Virus record (IMG/VR): IMGVR_UViG_3300045988_174371
Location: 224,001-288,000 of that record
DNA: 64,000 bases
Strand: one strand, 5' to 3'
DNA from: a virus
A model generated the notes under the pieces. It had not been told where the DNA came from. It saw only the letters and a list, made by a program, of their open reading frames with translations, and searched no databases. The translations under genes and the position numbers were made by a program. Positions 61,387-64,000 of the stretch are shown here, in pieces (within the stretch, counting starts at the first letter, position 1; the number at the start of each line of letters is the position of its first letter).

Positions 61387-62607
61387 CTACAGGTCACGAA
61401 CCATGCGCATTACGCTATGTGCGTCGCTCAGTAGCCCTGCAAGGCGTTCATGGGCGCTGGGTGGTACATTCTTGCCGGTGGCGGTGATGCACGCCTGAGA
61501 GATGCCATCAATCGCCGCCGCAAGGCTGACAGCTACAGGCTCCACAATCTCAGGGTCACATTTCACCACCTGTGACATAGGCGGGCTAGGCTTTTCAGCA
61601 GTAGAAGCATCGTCGCCTGCCTCACTCACGGGAGCGCTTACAGGGGGCGCGGTTTCAACGGGCGTAGCATCCTCCTCCGAAGCAGAATCGTCGTCAGTGT
61701 GCTCAACAGAATACTCGGGCAGTCGCCCAGCAATGTCTTCCGGTAGGCTCGCCCTAAACGTCTCATACGCATCAATAACCCACTGACACGTTTCCGTATA
61801 CTGCTCACGCTGAGTCTTATTGGACTGCTCGATAAGGAACGTAAGAAACGCAGTCAGCTCAACGCCATCCTCATGGACAGTCTCAGTATTACCGACACTA
61901 TAGGGAGGCAACGTGAGGCGACGCATTGAAGTAGCCGTCTCAGGCGAGTTCCGAAGCTCAGACGTGAGAGCACCCATAGCGACACCAAGGAGCCTATTCA
62001 CGCCCTTGATGCGCGCATAAACCTCACCGTCGCAATACTGTAGGTGAATGAACTTGAAGCTCTTAACGTGGCTCCCCGCATGAGCGACCATCGTGTGCGG
62101 GTTATCGAGAAGGAACGTTGCGTGGTGAACCTTGCCGGAAGCCTCAGACTCAGAGAATAGCGGCTCAGGCGCGGGAAAATGATTTGTGGCTTCTTTCAAC
62201 CCGTCAATGCGGGGCGGCATCTTCGGCAGGTGGGAAGCCACCTCTTCTTGAAGTTCCTGAAGCCAAGACACCATTTCCTGAACAGACTTCTTGTGCTTGA
62301 AGATGCGGATAACGTGCTCTACAGTAACGAAGGACTCCATGTGGTTGTGGAACTCCGTTCTCTGCTCTTCAGGAGGGATAGCATAGAAGCTCTTCCCCCA
62401 CTTGTAGGATGACCTTTTGACATAGTTGTAAGGAATGATGCGAGTGCCGAAAAGCTCACTCGGGAAAGACCTGTTTACATACAAGGTGTCGCCAGCGATA
62501 GCGAAGTAGATGGGGAGAGACTTGTATGGTGAGGGGCACTTCTCGTGAATTTCCAGGGTGTCATTACTTGTGTTGAAAGAGAAGATGTACGGGTTTTCGA
62601 AGGTCAA
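61387..62607 (-). CDS. Hypothetical protein, tandem paralogue A (406 aa)
   Basis: Shares PIYFAIAGDTLYVNRSFPSELFG, PPEEQRTEFHN, an acidic linker and the C-terminal ISQACITATGKNVPPSAHERLAGLLSDAH with the next gene. TTG start with GAAAGGA upstream. Confidence 0.55.
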   Translation of the reverse strand: MTFENPYIFSFNTSNDTLEIHEKCPSPYKSLPIYFAIAGDTLYVNRSFPSELFGTRIIPYNYVKRSSYKWGKSFYAIPPEEQRTEFHNHMESFVTVEHVIRIFKHKKSVQEMVSWLQELQEEVASHLPKMPPRIDGLKEATNHFPAPEPLFSESEASGKVHHATFLLDNPHTMVAHAGSHVKSFKFIHLQYCDGEVYARIKGVNRLLGVAMGALTSELRNSPETATSMRRLTLPPYSVGNTETVHEDGVELTAFLTFLIEQSNKTQREQYTETCQWVIDAYETFRASLPEDIAGRLPEYSVEHTDDDSASEEDATPVETAPPVSAPVSEAGDDASTAEKPSPPMSQVVKCDPEIVEPVAVSLAAAIDGISQACITATGKNVPPSAHERLAGLLSDAHSVMRMVRDL

Positions 62608-62663
62608 GGTGTTTCCTTTCGTTAGATGTCTTTAGGTGGGCAGTTCATGATTTGCGAGAGTGG

Positions 62664-62723
62664 TAAAGGCGAGCAGGAACCAAAATGAGTTTTAGTGCTC
62701 TTAGGGGTTCCTGCTCGCCTTTA
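62664..62723 (-). terminator. Terminator-like hairpin between the tandem paralogues
   Basis: 18-bp perfect arms taaaggcgagcaggaacc (62664-62681) and ggttcctgctcgccttta (62706-62723). Weak U-tract. Confidence 0.5.
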
Positions 62724-62737
62724 CGTCAGGGGCGGGC

Positions 62738-64000
62738 TTAGATGGAGTTTACGTCCTTCAATGCCAGGTGTGCATTGGTCAGCAGTTTAGTGAGCTTGCT
62801 GTGAACGTCAGCGGGAATTTCCTGTGCGGTAGCGGCAAAGCACGCGCTGGAAATGTGGTCGATGACCTCAAGAAGTTCCTGCCGCAAAGCCTCAACCGGC
62901 GACTGAGACTCAGTGTCGGCAGGAGCGTGCAACTTACGGGAAGCTTCAATGATGCGCTCAAAAGCCTCAGCAGTTTTCTGCTGAACCTTATCTACAGCGG
63001 GTAGGAGCTTGTCTGCGGGGGTCTCAGGGGCATCCTCGGCAGTAGCCTCATCTACCTTCTCCTCAGGGGCATCTTCCTTCACTACCGCTACGGGCTCAGG
63101 CTCTTCCACAGTATCCTCAGCCACAACCTCAGTGGTAGCTTCTTCGGAGGCATCTACGTCAGAGGGGAAGTCAGCCCTCAGGTCGGGGAGCTTGGCGGCA
63201 TCTTCATCAGAAAGACCCGCCTTCAGGGTTTCATACGCAGTAAGAAGCCATTCACGAGCGTGTTCATGTTCGCCGCGCAGACGGCGGACGCGGCTACGCT
63301 CAATGATGCGGTCAAGGGTCTCCAGCATGGAGCGAATATCCACGGAATTGAGGGTGTCGTAGCTGGTGGCGGTCTTTACTCGGATGCTCGACTTCGGGGC
63401 ATCAACAGCGTACTTATTGTACTGCGCCCAGAAGTTCTGGTGGGTAACCTTCCACACCTCGTTCATGTAGTGCAGGGTGACCTGTACACCACCATTTCCG
63501 TCATGCTGGAGGTGGACAAGCTTGCGTCCACGGCGGATGCTAGACAGGTCAGTGATAGGGGTCTTCGGGTCAGTCGGCATGAAGGTCATAACAACTCGCT
63601 TACCGTGACGCATCTCGCGCGCCTTCTCGGTGTCGCCCTTGGTTACGGTTACGGGCGGAGTGCCAGGGAGGTAAGGGACTACTTCAAGGAGGCAGTTATT
63701 CAGCCAGTCATGCATCTTTCGTGCCTCGGGGCGTTCCTTGAGTGCCATAATTGCGAAGCGGATAGGAACAAAGTCCTCTACGTAATTATGTTCGCCTACG
63801 CGCTGTTCTTCGGGGATTTCACACGAGATGGCGCGGGCATTATTGTCGGCAAGAATCTGGTAAATGCGGTCGAAGGGGAATACGTCGTCACCAAATGCTT
63901 CATTCGGGAGCGATGCGTTCACGTAGACGTTGCCGTTGTGGATGGCGAAATAGACGGGAGTCGATTCGTCAGGGCAGGGCACGAGGGGGTGGAGCGAGGT
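62738..64000 (-). CDS. Hypothetical protein, tandem paralogue B; 5' end probably beyond the right edge
   Basis: PVYFAIHNGNVYVNASLPNEAFG, IPEEQRVGEHN and ISSACFAATAQEIPADVHSKLTKLLTNAH. The reading frame stays open from 63982 to 64000 (TSLHPL), aligning with LEIHEK of paralogue A, so the track GTG start is probably internal. Confidence 0.55.
   Translation of the reverse strand, partial: TSLHPLVPCPDESTPVYFAIHNGNVYVNASLPNEAFGDDVFPFDRIYQILADNNARAISCEIPEEQRVGEHNYVEDFVPIRFAIMALKERPEARKMHDWLNNCLLEVVPYLPGTPPVTVTKGDTEKAREMRHGKRVVMTFMPTDPKTPITDLSSIRRGRKLVHLQHDGNGGVQVTLHYMNEVWKVTHQNFWAQYNKYAVDAPKSSIRVKTATSYDTLNSVDIRSMLETLDRIIERSRVRRLRGEHEHAREWLLTAYETLKAGLSDEDAAKLPDLRADFPSDVDASEEATTEVVAEDTVEEPEPVAVVKEDAPEEKVDEATAEDAPETPADKLLPAVDKVQQKTAEAFERIIEASRKLHAPADTESQSPVEALRQELLEVIDHISSACFAATAQEIPADVHSKLTKLLTNAHLALKDVNSI

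Noticed and set aside
1-64000. Prophage, IS or integrative element boundaries (integrase, transposase, att repeats at the tRNA)
   Set aside because: No integrase, transposase or recombinase motifs were seen in any frame. I could not find a duplicate of the tRNA 3' end by eye. An exhaustive repeat search was not possible, so this is absence of evidence only.

Overview
Gene-dense 64-kb window, mid-50s % GC by eye (not computed). I call 50 protein genes (44 on the minus strand) and one tRNA. I saw no rRNA, CRISPR array, transposase, integrase or recognisable virion gene. Gene content falls into five groups. (1) DNA replication and recombination: recA-recX; a dnaE split into two cistrons with a dnaX-like clamp-loader gene nested between them; a holA-like gene; a Pif1/RecD-like helicase; an SbcD/Mre11-like nuclease; a Cas4/AddB-like PD-(D/E)XK nuclease; HU. 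(2) Nucleotide-pool genes: a MazG/DR2231-like pyrophosphohydrolase, a dNMP-kinase fusion and an HD hydrolase. (3) Gram-positive/actinobacterial-type envelope genes: signal peptidase I, two class F sortase-like proteins, four sortase-substrate surface proteins, an NlpC/P60 hydrolase behind a ydaO-type riboswitch, a GH25-LGFP-NlpC/P60 mosaic hydrolase, PspA and two CPBP/CAAX proteases. (4) A kinase/PP2C/vWA (TerY-P-like) triad. (5) Many orphan proteins, including several tandem paralogue sets and apparent pseudoenzymes. Most intergenic gaps carry a long perfect stem-loop and/or a recurring extended -10 motif, TGTGGTAYAAT. The items I would look at first are the split dnaE, a class-II-shaped tRNA with a Cys anticodon and U73, the array of P-loop-less FtsK-like paralogues, and the non-canonical xAxTG sorting signals. 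From this window alone I cannot tell whether the replicon is a very large phage or episome or a reduced, divergent Gram-positive genome. All family assignments rest on motifs read by eye; no searches were run.
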